A stretch of DNA of 64,000 nt, taken from NCBI RefSeq assembly GCF_023055435.1, contig NW_025964334.1:38068001-38132000 (forward strand). Reading direction: 5' to 3'. The notes under the pieces were generated by a model, which saw only the letters and a list, made by a program, of their open reading frames with translations, did not search any database and was not told where the DNA came from. The DNA is from Haliotis rufescens. Taxonomy: Eukaryota. The translations under genes and the position numbers were made by a program. Positions 40,277 through 52,638 of this stretch are shown in pieces (positions within the stretch are counted from its first letter, which is position 1; every line of letters begins with the position of its first letter).

Positions 40277-41341
40277 TACTGAACGGGGCAAAAGAAATAT
40301 TCATCCACCTTTGATGTAGTTGTGTTTTGGACCTTAAGTTTTCCGCCGGAACTTTTGTAGTTTTTTTTTGTCCTTTTCAAGTTTATCCTTTTTTTTGCCC
40401 TGAATCTAATCTAATGTCCTTGTATCCCATTTTTTTACAAAAAGATGTACGGCTGTCCAAGTCGGCTAAGGCGCCGTAATTAGGCAGTAGAGAGTTGCGT
40501 CCCTTAGGCACACCAGGAATCTCTGATTGTGCGTTTGAATCACGGTCACCCCGATTATGTTTCTAGGTTTGTCAGCACCATACCCACTGTCGTCGGTTTC
40601 ACCAAAGTGGCAAATGTCTAAGGGCTTTCCTTCCACATCGGGCGGACACGTGATGATATATACTCACCGCCAAAAGAAACGCACACCGTGAATGAAGCTT
40701 CTTACATAAATCACTAATTTCCTATTCCCGCGGAATACATAAATTAGTTATGTTTAGTATAGATCTATTGTAAGGTACTCGTATCCAACTTTGATCCCTA
40801 CAGTCATAACCCACGGGATTGTCACAGACATTCTGTCTGACGTGGGGTATTTATTACAATCAATGCTGACAAGGGCGATTGAAATGTTGTCTCACATTGT
40901 CCGGTACAAGTAATCAGGATTAGATTGCTGTAAAGGTCAAAGGTCAACCAGCTCCTCTGGACAACAAGTCGTGGGAAGTTTATCATAACTCTCGGTTGAT
41001 TGACGGGGAAATTAGCATGCCTGCTGCACGTGACATTAAATGTCCTGAGGTAAATAATACATTGTAACATGTCATGTTGGTGATGCATTATGGGTAACCA
41101 AGCAGTGCCGACAGTCTCAACCATTAGGTAATTGATATCACTTAAAATTAGTTTTCAAATGTCGTTCTTGCGACATAATTAGGATTATCATGCAGTTGAT
41201 CACCGTTCACAAATGCTATCCATATATATATGACTGTTCAATTATATGACTCCTTTGTCAGCTATGTGAACATGTTAAATAAAGCAGAGCCCCATATGGA
41301 CATATATGTTCCTTTTTAAGATTGTTCTTTATTACAAAGAA

Positions 41342-41612
41342 GGGGACACGGGTGGCCGCGATTTGCTGTGCAGAGTTGCGTCCCTTGGGCACGCCAGAAA
41401 CCTATGATTGTGGGTTCGAATCCCGGTTCGCCACGATTATGTTTCTAGGTTTGTCAGCGCCATACCCGTGCTCGTGGGTTTCACCGAAGTGGTAAACGTC
41501 TGAGACCTGCATCACTTCGGGCTTTCCTCCCACATTAAGCTGACACGCCACGATATAACTGGAATAGTGTTAAAAGCGGCGTTAAACCCAACTCACTCAC
41601 TCACTCACTCAC
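41342..41612 (+). mobile_element. SINE family D
   Basis: TSD tatt(a/t)caaagaa; other copies at ~40445-40660(+), 42833-43010(+), 47086-47280(-). Confidence 0.88.
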
Positions 41613-43028
41613 TATTTCAAAGAAACTGTCGGGGAAAATAGCATAAACACATGAAAATAGGAGTTTACCATAAAATTACAAACCAGTCGCCGAAACACTG
41701 CAAACTTATGCTCCAAAACACAACTATGATACCCGTATCCGAAATACATCACCATCGAGTAACCATGTCTTGTTGGTTTCATATTTAGCCGCCATCATAC
41801 ACGAGTGGATACATGCTTTTGTCCGGCAGTGTAGGAGCCACGATATACAATATCTCCTGTGGCGCTAAAGGGCGGTAGGGGTAGCCTAGCGGTTAAGGCG
41901 TTCGCTCGTAACGCCGAAAGGAACGGGTTCAGTTCCCTACATTGGTACGATGTCAAACCCATTTATGGCGTTCCCGTCGTATTATTGCTGAAATATTGCT
42001 AAAAGAACCTTGACGTATAAATCTTGCTTACTCAATTATCTGGACGAATCTTAGACATCAAAATCAGAAAAAAACCATGGGAGAAAATGGAAATGAACCA
42101 TTGTTATACAACCGAAAATTAATGATAATTAATACTTGAAAACACAACACAATCAAGCATAACAATACATATTTCAACAGTTGCTTAGATCCATGATCAT
42201 GATGTCAATCACTGGATTGTCTGATCCAGATTTGATTATTTACAAACCGCCGTCAAATAGCTGGAATACTGAGTTCGGCATTAAACGACAAACAAACATA
42301 GCAGCTCGTGTTTGACAGTGCAAACGCCACTTCGTGTTTGACAGTATAAATATCCGTTGTTTGACAGTACATGTATCAGCTCGTGTTTAATAACATGAAA
42401 TAACGCTACTCATAAATAGTTGACCTTTATAAAGGCCGCACTTGACACTGGGGGTACAGCTGTCACAATGCCTTGTTATCGTAATGAAAGACTAAGGTAA
42501 TAAATAGCCACTGTATTGTTCTGGGGTTGCTGTTTCAACACAGTTAAAAACGTCACAGAAGGCGATAAAAATGAAACAATTTATACATCTAATTGTAGTG
42601 GGATTTGAAACTTCCGGTGTCTTGTCAGTGTGGAAAAGAATATTCTTTTTAATTAAAACACCTTGTGAGTTGAAGATGATAAATGCTTTTGAAGTGTGGA
42701 ATATGAAGTTATTATTTAAACATACATGAATAAATCTATGAATAAGTTGCTTAAACGTAATGTTTGAGGTCATAATCAGGGACAGTTTCTGCATTTGTAA
42801 CAAAAGCATCTGTATTAAATACGTCGACACAACTCGCTGTGAAGAGTTGCGTCCCTTATGCGTGCCAGAGCCTGCTGATATTGGGTCGATTCTTTGCATT
42901 CATGGTCACGCCAGAAACCTATGATCGTAGGTTCGAATGCCGGTTCGCCCTAATTCTCCTGCCACGTCGTGATATGATGTAGATACTGTTGATAGCGGCG
43001 TTAAACCCAACCCAATGTCTTCAAGTAA

Positions 43029-43193
43029 TGAGTGAGTGAGTATGGTTTTAAGCCGCCTTCGGAAATATTTTACCAATATCGCGGTGGGGGACACCAGAAG
43101 TGGGATTCACACCCTGTACCCATGTTGGGAATCGAACCCGGATCTTCGGCGTGACGAGCGAACGCTTTGACCACGAGGCTACCTGACCGCCCC
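43029..43193 (-). mobile_element. SINE family B
   Basis: Full-length reverse copy. Confidence 0.85.
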
Positions 43194-44711
43194 TTGAAGC
43201 TATGAAGTGGGGTCTGTGTGTGATGTCTCCATGCTGGCCACGTGAAGCATGGGAAGTAAGCCAGGCCGAGATGTAGTAAGGAACATGTCAACTTGAACAT
43301 AGGAAACAGGATAACCACTGAACGGCATGTGTTATGTTGCGGAAGGAAAAGCTCCTCACGATCACATTTGTGTTTGTATGGATCAGGCATATCATTCTCC
43401 CGAGAAGACTGTTGAGGATCAGAGCGGAAGATTGTGTGAATATAAAAGTCAACGCCAGAGAACGACCACTGTCGATGATGCTAGTATGAAATACATTCCA
43501 TTCGGCTAAGAGAACAACCATTTGATGTAAGCCCCGCCCCAACCCCTCCCCCCTTCCCTGGCATGGTATGGTAAAGAAGACATCAGACCTCGCAGTGCTA
43601 GTTTCGCGTTGACCATTCTTCTGAATGCCAGAAATACTTGAGAAGTAATGTCTGTTTATCTTGATCCGTCTGTAGATGACCACCCGCAACAGATGCCAGA
43701 CAATGGACAATGGACCACCTCAGTTCTGCTTACAGAAATGGTATCTTGTGTCTGTTTTTATAGACGGAACGCCGTCAGACATAAACATCAAGTGACTGGT
43801 TTTCCTGCGGCGGGCAACGAAAGCTGTGTTGTTAAGGTTGAGTTAGGTACACCCAGAGAGAGTGATGATTGATAAATATACAATTAAATCCGATGGTGTT
43901 GTGTAATGGGACAAAAGAAAATAGTATAGAATAGTTCATTTAGCTGATGAGGCTGGACAAGGAAAGGATGACACGATGCAGACATAACTAAAATTGACAA
44001 TATCTTTTTCTCCTTTACCGCGTGAAGAATGTGGCGGTTCTAGTGTGAACCACGTCTCTTTGTTGGAACTCCGGGTCCGAATAGATCACCAATACCTCCA
44101 GTGTGTTTCTCATGGGATGCTTGTCAGAAGAGCCGACCAAACTGAGAATCAGATGGTTGCAATGTTTGACTGGCTGGTTGTGTGTCGGTGTGGAGAGTTG
44201 CCAATGCTGTCAGCTACTGGTACACATGACCAAGAGTCCAGTAGTTACTGGCTTCCAATGGGATATGTCTGATTGCGGCGGAAAATGACAGTCACTCGTT
44301 TTCTCAGACATTGCTTTAGGAAATGAATTTAATACGCCTGAGGCAATGTAGAATAGTGTTATGCTATTGCCATAAACAAGACGATCTAACGGTCATAGTC
44401 TGATGTCATTAGGGACAGAAACGACCATCATTAACATAATCATGTAGGAAAAGATAGCACTGGTACTTCAGGTGTTCACAAAGATCGAATGTATTGATAA
44501 AAAGATTTTTTTAAATGCAATTAACAACACTTATACGCCTTAACCACTAATATCCCACTACTCAAAAGAGTAATATACTTTTAAGTACAGGACAGATTAC
44601 TGATAGTAATCTGAAAGAATCGGGCCTGTCCTTAACTTCTTTTGAGTAGTGCTTTAGTTGATTTTAAAATATCCGTACATTGCAAAGGAGGCACGAACAT
44701 AATGAACAGGA

Positions 44712-44874
44712 GTGAGTGAGTGAGAGAGTGGGTATGGTTTTACGCCGCTTTTAGCAATATTCACGGCGGGGGACACCAGAAATGGGCTTCACACATTGTA
44801 CCCATGTCGGGAATCGAACCCGGGTCTTCGGCGTGACGAGCGAACGCTTTAACCACTAGGCTACCCGATCGCCC
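44712..44874 (-). mobile_element. SINE family B, young
   Basis: 14-bp TSD cataatgaacagga. Confidence 0.92.
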
Positions 44875-45889
44875 CATAATGAACAGGAAGCCTTCAAATA
44901 TCAACTAGCAATGCAATAATAATACCTCGACACTATAAGAAGCATACTGTATATTAGTTCCCCCTTTGACAATGGCTTATAGGAACGTCAGATTTTGAAC
45001 ATGTTCCCGTCACATTCTTAGGAACAACACTTATGACTGCAAATATAGAACAAAGCTACATCTACGATCGACACAATCTTTGTAATCCATTTATTACTTT
45101 CCCACGTTGATAACAACTACCACGTAAACAAAATGATGTGTCTGTTGTTAAGCACTCGCCGCTCTGTAGCCTGACCTTGACCTCGTTCCACCAAGCGATC
45201 TTAGCTCTTAGATCTCAGTGACTTACATACTAACGTAGACCTATCCAAGCCGTAACGAGAAGTTCGGTGAGTGGCGCTCTCGTGAAAGAGGAACCAAATG
45301 TAAGATAATATTTTACAGACGCTTTAAACAATTTTTGAAGACTTAGAGTTTGTTGTTTGGCGCCTCACTGAGCAATGTACCAGCTATATTATTGTTTGTT
45401 TGTTTATTTGTTGTTCAACGACGCACTCATCAAGATTCCAGCTATATGATGTCGGTCTGAATAAAACTGACATCATGAGCATCGATTTATTTAATTGGGA
45501 TACAATGATATGCATCAACCAACTCACAAGCCTGACCAGCCGATCACGTCGGTCGCCTCTTACGGCAAGCATTGCCGCCTGTTACGAGTCTTGTCAAGGA
45601 ACTTTCAACATTGATTCACGAAGGACAGATAATCCGTATTTCCGAGCGGCGAGTAGGTTGTTGTTTATATTTGTCCCTGTCTACTGAGATAAAGTAGGAA
45701 ACATGGGTCTCCTGGTCTCAGGTGGAGCCGTCACCTCACATGGCGTATTGTTAGAACGACGTCACATAAATAGTTTGTAACGTCAATTATTCGTGATGAT
45801 GTCTTGTTGCGAAGGGCATCTTTGCAAACAATGAACACAATGCTACAACTAGCCAATATATATACAATAAAGAATATAATATGTCCTCA

Positions 45890-45936
<47 letters not shown>

Positions 45937-46053
45937 TGTGTACAGGTATCAGTAGCCAGGCTGAAACTGTATGTCATACTGTTGGTACAGATGCCGTTAC
46001 TGATTCTGTATCGGGTGGATTATATCACAACAATCTGCATCTGCTTGTTTCAG

Positions 46054-46236
46054 CGGCTGTCCTGCAGTTCGAGAGCGGGATCACTCTGTGGGTGTGTCTG
46101 CTGGACACTAAGACAGACGGACCACTGACCCCGGACAGTCTAGGGGAGACGGTCATCATGGGTCTGGAGGAGCTGACGGTCAAGGGGATGAACGCAGAGG
46201 ACGCCGCCATCTTTGTTGCTGGCCACGGCCGAGGCG
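46054..46236 (+). CDS. Alpha/beta-hydrolase-like protein, exon 2 (nucleophile elbow IFVAGHGRG/G)
   Basis: Acceptor ctgcttgtttcag, donor G|GTGAGA; GC3-rich codons; translation AVLQFESGITLWVCLL...AIFVAGHGRG. Confidence 0.85.
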
Positions 46237-46574
46237 GTGAGAGAGTGATGAATGCCTGTTAATGTCAACCCAGAAGACACTGTTGCTGAACGAGTGCATG
46301 TTGTTTTACTTCCCCATAGCCAGAAAAAGCTGTATGGTGAATTAGGATCAAATTAAGATTACTGTTGGCTAAAACACAGGCAGTCTCATTGTCGTTGGCC
46401 CCACGCTGTCTGTGACCTGTTCCACAAAGCAGTCTTAGGAGACAAAAGTCGTTGGCCGGCAGACATTAGAAGAAATCGGACCACTGATTTCTTTGTTCCC
46501 ACAAGTTTGCATTGTCTACCATTATGTAATCCCCTGATGGTAGAATTATATCTTGGCTTTTGAACGCAAAACAT

Positions 46575-46862
46575 TCAAACCGTGTTTACACTTCACAAAG
46601 GAACCGCTCTCAAACCTTCTTCTTACTTTTAAGGAACCGCTCTCAAACCTTGTTTTTACTTTTACGGACCCGCCCTCAAACCTTGTTCTTACTTTTACGG
46701 AACCGCCCTAAAACGTGTTCTAACTTTTACGGAACCGCCCTTAAACGTGTTCTTACTTTTACGGAACCGCCCTTAAACATCGTTCATACTTGTACGGAAC
46801 CGCCCTCAAACCTTCTTCTTACATTTATGGAGCCGCCCTCAAACCTTGTTCTAACTTTTCAC
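46575..46862. repeat. 33-bp minisatellite abutting the exon 3 acceptor
   Basis: ggaaccgc(c/t)ctcaaaccttgttcttacttttac, ~8 units. Confidence 0.92.
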
Positions 46863-46869
46863 TTTTCAG

Positions 46870-47044
46870 GGGCCATGCTTGCAACATATGTAGCTGAGGT
46901 ACCAGATTTTTTCAGTGGGATTATATTGATGGGTACATATCTAAAACCACAGAAGAAGGCATCTGCATTTCCAGTCCCTATCATGACGATCACTGGAGAC
47001 CTCGACGGGATAACCCGGATAACGAGCGTGGCCGAAGCGTTTAG
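46870..47044 (+). CDS. Alpha/beta-hydrolase-like protein, exon 3 (GIILMGTYL...PVPIMTITGDLDG, acid residue)
   Basis: Acceptor cttttcag, donor AG|GTGAGT; phases match neighbours; P-x-x-T-I-x-G-D-L-D-G acid motif. Confidence 0.9.
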
Positions 47045-48328
47045 GTGAGTGTCGTTGACGTGATTCAGGAAGTGTGATCTCATAGGAGTGTGCGAGTTGG
47101 GTTCACTGCCGTTTTAACAGTATTCCAGTTATATCACGGGGTGCCAGCTTACTGTGGGAGGAAAGCCCGATGTGACGCAGGTCTCAGACGTTTACTTTTT
47201 TGGTGAAACCCACGAGCACGGCTATGGTGCGGGTGTGCTGCTGACAAACCTAGAAATATAACCAGGGCGAACCCATGATCTCATATGTGCTGATAATGAC
47301 GTTAACGCTGCCACGGAGAAACAGAACTAAACGTTTACCACATCAATCCATTGCGACTGTAAAACATAAGATTCCATACGTCTTTAAAAACGGAGACGTT
47401 GGGTACCGTAAGTCCGGTTCGATTCCCTACGAGGGTAGAATGTAGGAAGCCCGGTGTCCCCGGGAATATTGCTACAATATTACTCAGAGATGCGTAAAAC
47501 CCAACTCACTCACTCTGAAAGGCAATAATAAGTCAGTGAGTGCGTGAAAGTTCTTTTACGCCGTACACAGCACCAATACGGCTATATCTGGCGGTCTGAG
47601 CTATGCGGGTATAGCGAGTAGTTGAGAGTAGGAGTAACAGTCGGGATAGCCAGACCAGACATTGTAGCCACACAATCCTCATTTGCGTCAGCTAGACAAG
47701 CAGGATGTCCTGGTAACTTAGTTTATGAGCACCCAACTCCAACAACGCAGTCCCTCACAGTTAGGCTCCGAGCCTATCTCCTCGCCACTCCACGCATAAA
47801 TTCTTATAACTTGTAAATGTTGATTACAACTTTAACGATCTTAGCCAACAAGGGATCTATACTTTTAGATTGCAGATAGCGATCTTAAGTAAACTGAGCG
47901 GCAAATGAAAAGATACACCATGATGGGGGCTAAAAAGGAAGCAAACAAAAATAATTACTCGATGGTGAAGTATTTTATACGGGAATGATAGTTGTGTTTT
48001 GGACCTTAATTGTGCAGTGTTTCGGCGACTGTTTTCAGCCTACTCATGATTTGAAACGTTTGTATTATATTCGTCAAATCCAATTTTCAAGTGTATACTT
48101 TGTTTTGAACGTCAGTGTATGTACACTTATTGTAGCTCTAAGATTGTTGCAATTGAACCCAATACAATATATATATATACCTTCAAGGCAAATAGAACTG
48201 TTTTGACTTTTGTGCTTCTAAACTTTCACAATATGAGGCATACGAGAATGATCACAGCTGAGTTTGTGTGTATTTGATGCTTTTCATTGAGTTGTCTGAT
48301 TGTTTTGATGTAATCGGCCACTTCCCAG

Positions 48329-48611
48329 GTCAATGAGAGATGACGTGGCCTTTGACTCGGACCTCATATACCACAGCCCACTGGTCATTATGGACGGCTT
48401 CAACCACGGCGTCTTCTCGTCCGGTGAACTCCCTGGGAACATGCAGACTCTGGATATAAGGCCCGAAGGCTCCATAGAAGACGGCCAGCGATTGGTCACC
48501 AACTGTACGGCGTTGTTTATTGCCCACACAATGAACGCGCCTGCCGCTTTCGTAAAGGTGGCCAAAATACAGTTTAGAGAAGCATACGACAAAGCGGTAT
48601 TCATAACAAAG
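48329..48611 (+). CDS. Alpha/beta-hydrolase-like protein, exon 4 (VIMDGFNHGVF, histidine motif)
   Basis: Acceptor cttcccag with phase-2 join (AG+G = Arg); donor AAG|GTTCGA is weak, and an alternative phase-0 donor GCG|GTATTC lies 15 nt upstream. Confidence 0.85.
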
Positions 48612-49302
48612 GTTCGATAAATGGAAAATATTTGTAATTGATTGCAATGCTCTTTTGACACGTTCTTAACAAGACATTGTATTTAATGACTATTTTTAAT
48701 GGGGTTTTTTATCATCACAATATACCTCGTCTGATATGGATATGTGTTGAAACGCAGACGTTGTTTCTTTAATAACAGACTATACTACTCACCCTTTGAT
48801 AATCAGATATGTCAGATATATTTATGTATATACTACACATATTATGAGGAACAGTTTTGTATATCATGAAAGATTTTGTATACATTATTGTGTATTTGAA
48901 TTTATGTTTCAAGGTCGCAAAATAGATGATGTTTTTCTTTCACTCATTGTGACGCTATTTGTAACATTTCTCTCTCATAACTAGGAGCCTTTATCTTTTA
49001 TTTGAAAATAAATATTGATCGAGGTACACGACATTAACATAAGGGAATTACTTGTGCGTGTTATTCACAAATATCTCCGGGACTCCAGGAGGCTTGGTCC
49101 ACGAGGAGGCTTAATGGATCGGGTGGTGAGCCTCGATGGATTTGTTGATCCATGGAATCGTAGCCGGACGGCGTGGATCGTTGCTCGTAATATTAATCAC
49201 TGGATTGTCCGCTCTAGATTCGTCATATACTGGTTGCCGTCATATAGCTGGAATACATATCAACCAACACAAATATTTTTAACGTGTTCAATCCATTTAC
49301 AG

Positions 49303-49416
49303 CCGATCCTAGAGGTGAAGGAGATGACGCAGAACCCCGATGGTGAATCCTACTTCGTCAGGGTGGCGCAGAAGTGGTTGTCCGGGCTCCAGGGAGACCA
49401 GTCCACGAGGCTCACA
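49303..49416 (+). CDS. Alpha/beta-hydrolase-like protein, exon 5
   Basis: Acceptor catttacag, donor ACA|GTCAGT; 38 codons PILEVKEM...QSTRLT. Confidence 0.85.
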
Positions 49417-49750
49417 GTCAGTACCCCCGGGACCATGCTTTTCATCTATCTTATCATACAATGTCATGAAGATATTGTCATTTATCATCCACAACTGGCT
49501 CCCACAGGAGATATCGCTTGGATTAGATCAAGCGATATCTACACTGTAGATATCGCTGCAATGAAATTACATCACAATGCTTTGCAGACCATGGTGAAGC
49601 ATTGTGATGCCATTGGTAACCAGTGACGTCACAATCAAATGACATCACTAATTTCTCTGCTACTGAAGCTGTTAGCAGTACTTTTTACACTGAAGACACT
49701 GCTAATTACTGTCTACAAATTGAAAAAGTTGGAAGAATGATGTTGGATGA

Positions 49751-49910
49751 TAAATAAAATCTCACCCGAGTGTCTTTTGATATCAAATATATCAACACTC
49801 GTTGATAAAAGTGGCAAAAATCCTCGGCAAGCCTCGGAATTTTTCCACTTTTATCAACTCGTGTTGATATATTTGATATCAAAAGACACTCGGGTGAGAT
49901 TCTCTATTTA
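49751..49910. mobile_element. ~160-bp near-perfect palindromic element (Crypton-like MITE)
   Basis: Arms of ~75 bp; centre tcctcggcaagcctcggaa; no obvious long TSD. Confidence 0.6.
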
Positions 49911-50132
49911 ATGTGGACAGTTTAGATGAAAAAAAAACGCGAAAAAAAACACTATTATATGAAACTTTGAATTATGGCCCTTAGGTGCCGACACAATAAA
50001 CCATGTATGTTAAAATGTTTTAACTATGACATTCAGGATATACTCTTAATTAATAATTGAACAGTTATCACTGAAATTTTGGTGAAATCAGATATTGATT
50101 TTTGTTTATGTTTCATTTTCTGACCCCTTTAG

Positions 50133-50375
50133 GTGGAGAGTTACATTGTAGGGGAAGCCACTGAAATCCCGCCCTCGGTGCTAGCGGAGGGGCACCAATC
50201 AGTAGTCATAACGTTCTCTGACGTGTTGCGCGCGCAGACACAGGAAACCGATGACGATGAGAAACCGGAAGCACCCGTTGAGATAGCAGCCCGGATGTTG
50301 AGCCCTCAGAGGATAAAGAAAGAGTTGGGAGACACAAACATCACAAAGTTGTACACATGCAGGGATCTCAACTAC
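50133..50375 (+). CDS. Alpha/beta-hydrolase-like protein, exon 6
   Basis: Acceptor cccctttag, donor TAC|GTAAGC; 81 codons VESYIV...EIAARMLSPQRI...TCRDLNY. Confidence 0.88.
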
Positions 50376-50511
50376 GTAAGCATTAAAAGAATTGCGTAGT
50401 GGAAATCATACGAATAACAGGAAACAAAATGGAGTTGCTAAATCAAATAAGAAATTATATTCTTTGAAGGTGTTAAAATAAACTCGTTAATAAACATTCA
50501 TGATAAACTGC

Positions 50512-51118
50512 CAATCTCATTAAAATCAGATCTTAGTTCTCGCTATCGCTAAACAAAGATCTGAGGAGATCCCATTACGGGACACGTAAGAACGACCCTT
50601 CATCCGACCAATCCAAGAGTCGCTTACCAGATCATGAAAGTGACAGTCGGAATGTGTTTTCTTATCATGCAACCTCGAAGACGTAAACACGTTGTATTCC
50701 GAACGACAGTTACGGCCCGTACGACTGATTCCGACAAAATTATCGTCTATCTCTCGCGTCCGTGAGATACACATTTGAACGGAGGAGGCGTTGCTGAGTA
50801 CGTGGGGTTCACTGCCATACGATCTTAACCGTATATATGACATTCCGGAATGTTCGTTCGTTCAGTTTTCAAAATTTTAATCAAGAACTGTGTCAACATA
50901 ATTTTCAAGCATGGTCTGAAATGGAAGTCGCCAGGTTGAAACGAGTGCTGTAAAGCTCGAGAAAGCTGCTTTCTAATTTGCTGATGTCGACTTCATGTTA
51001 GCCATTTCAGTGGTCGGTCAAAGTACGCGAAAGATCGTTCTGACTTGACCCGTAATGGGATGTCCTCAGATCTTTGATTATTGGCAGCGAGAACGTCGAT
51101 CTGATTTTAATGAGATTG
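50512..51118 (-). mobile_element. Second AcademH-like element (intron 6)
   Basis: Same TIRs, 10-bp TSD gataaactgc; minus strand reads LKTERTNIPECHIYG*DRMAVNPT. Confidence 0.75.
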
Positions 51119-51752
51119 GATAAACTGCGCATGCTGACCAAAAGAATGTAGTCAATTGAATTTATTAACAAAAATTACATAACGTTACGTGGCGGAACGC
51201 AGAACCACTGCAAACTTAACACCAATATGAGACCCATATCAAATACTTCACCATCAAATAGCCATTTCTGGTTTGTTTCATTTTTAGCCACCATCAAACA
51301 TGGGTATACTTTCCTTTGCCCGGCAGTGTATTAGCTTCACTGTCTTCACACCATGGGTGTATATTTTCTTTTTCCCAAGAGTGTATTAGTTTTTCTGTTT
51401 CAATACAATTTGAAATGCTAATCTGACATGAGGCCATTTTCCGAAATGTTCCACTTCACCAAAACTGCTTGACCGTGCTTTAATCTTTGCGTCTTAATTT
51501 GTTTTCGAGGGGTTTTCAGTCCACAAGTATTATTGATTCGGTTAACTAAGTAAACATATATAATAATTATCACCTTTCCCTGTAAAATAAGTGACCAAAG
51601 CATCATGAAAAAAGTCAGCTTGATGCAGTGTACACCTGGTATAAGCTAAGCGCCATTCTTTTTTCCTCTTCTCGAACTTCCATGTATGTTTTGGAAATAT
51701 AATACTCAAAAGAAGTTGATCACATTTGGATAAATCAAAGCGATAAAACCCT

Positions 51753-52209
51753 TACCATATTCCATAGAAATCTCTGCTAAAAGCTGAGTCGATTGTACGA
51801 TTCCGAATATATCATGAGCATGTGTTTATGAATCACTATCACATAGTGATGATACTAGGTGTTCGCGAAAAGGTGAGCGTATCCTGCCCCACCGGTCACA
51901 CCTATCACAAACACAAGCAAAGGCAAATTCATTGTTCTCCCGAAAAAAACACGGGAATATATGGTACAAGTCAAAATAGGGAATTGCATCAGACATCATT
52001 TTTTCTCACCAATTTGGAAATGTTTACCATACAAGTTTTTGAAAGCTTTACTGAGGCCTTGAATGTTGTAACCCTGATCAAACAACTCTGTGCAAGAGTC
52101 GTATGACGCTCTTGAGATCTTGGTAGAAAGAGCATGCTCGATTGTATCTCAAAAGTTGTGAACAGTAAGCACCAAAGCCTGGAGCAGCTGGAATGTTGCT
52201 GGACAAATG
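51753..52209 (-). mobile_element. Penelope-like retroelement 3' fragment (RT C-terminus plus 3' UTR)
   Basis: Minus strand reads HLSSNIPAAPGFGAYCSQLLRYNRACSFYQD, then with frameshifts ...DQGYNIQGLSKAFKNLYGKH. Confidence 0.8.
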
Positions 52210-52638
52210 CCTAATATAAGATACTGCTGGTACTTCTTCTGCAGGTGGAACTGAAAGAGGAAGGAATAGAAAGGGTAGTCACATAGCTATTGCCGCGGAG
52301 CAGTATCAGATCATGCAGAGTCGGTTTGGGGGTTTCAATGAGTATCACTTTCTAAAATACAAATAAATGTGTTTCGTCATAAAAAAAGAAGAAGTATGAT
52401 TTCAAAGAAGGAGTGTTTTATATGGAAATCTACAGTAAGCGTCTTTAGGCATTTTAACAGATGTATGCTTAAAAGAACAAAATGTTTTGGTGGGTGTAAA
52501 GATGTCATCTTATTATGATTGGTAACTCCTCATACTTCCGAACTTGTTGTTGCATCATATCTTTGAAACAAATATTGGACCATGATAGCATCAACTCGTT
52601 CAGAATACGTTATGCAAATACTACCTTCCTATTTGCAG

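Noticed and set aside
43940-43970. CTGATGA...GAAA hammerhead-like core
   Set aside because: No stem II or flanking stems; the same applies to the CTGATGA sites near 7525, 8888, 26273 and 38110
44810-44874. tRNA-Asp(GTC) gene
   Set aside because: No intact acceptor stem; it continues into a SINE body and tail with a TSD and has many dispersed copies
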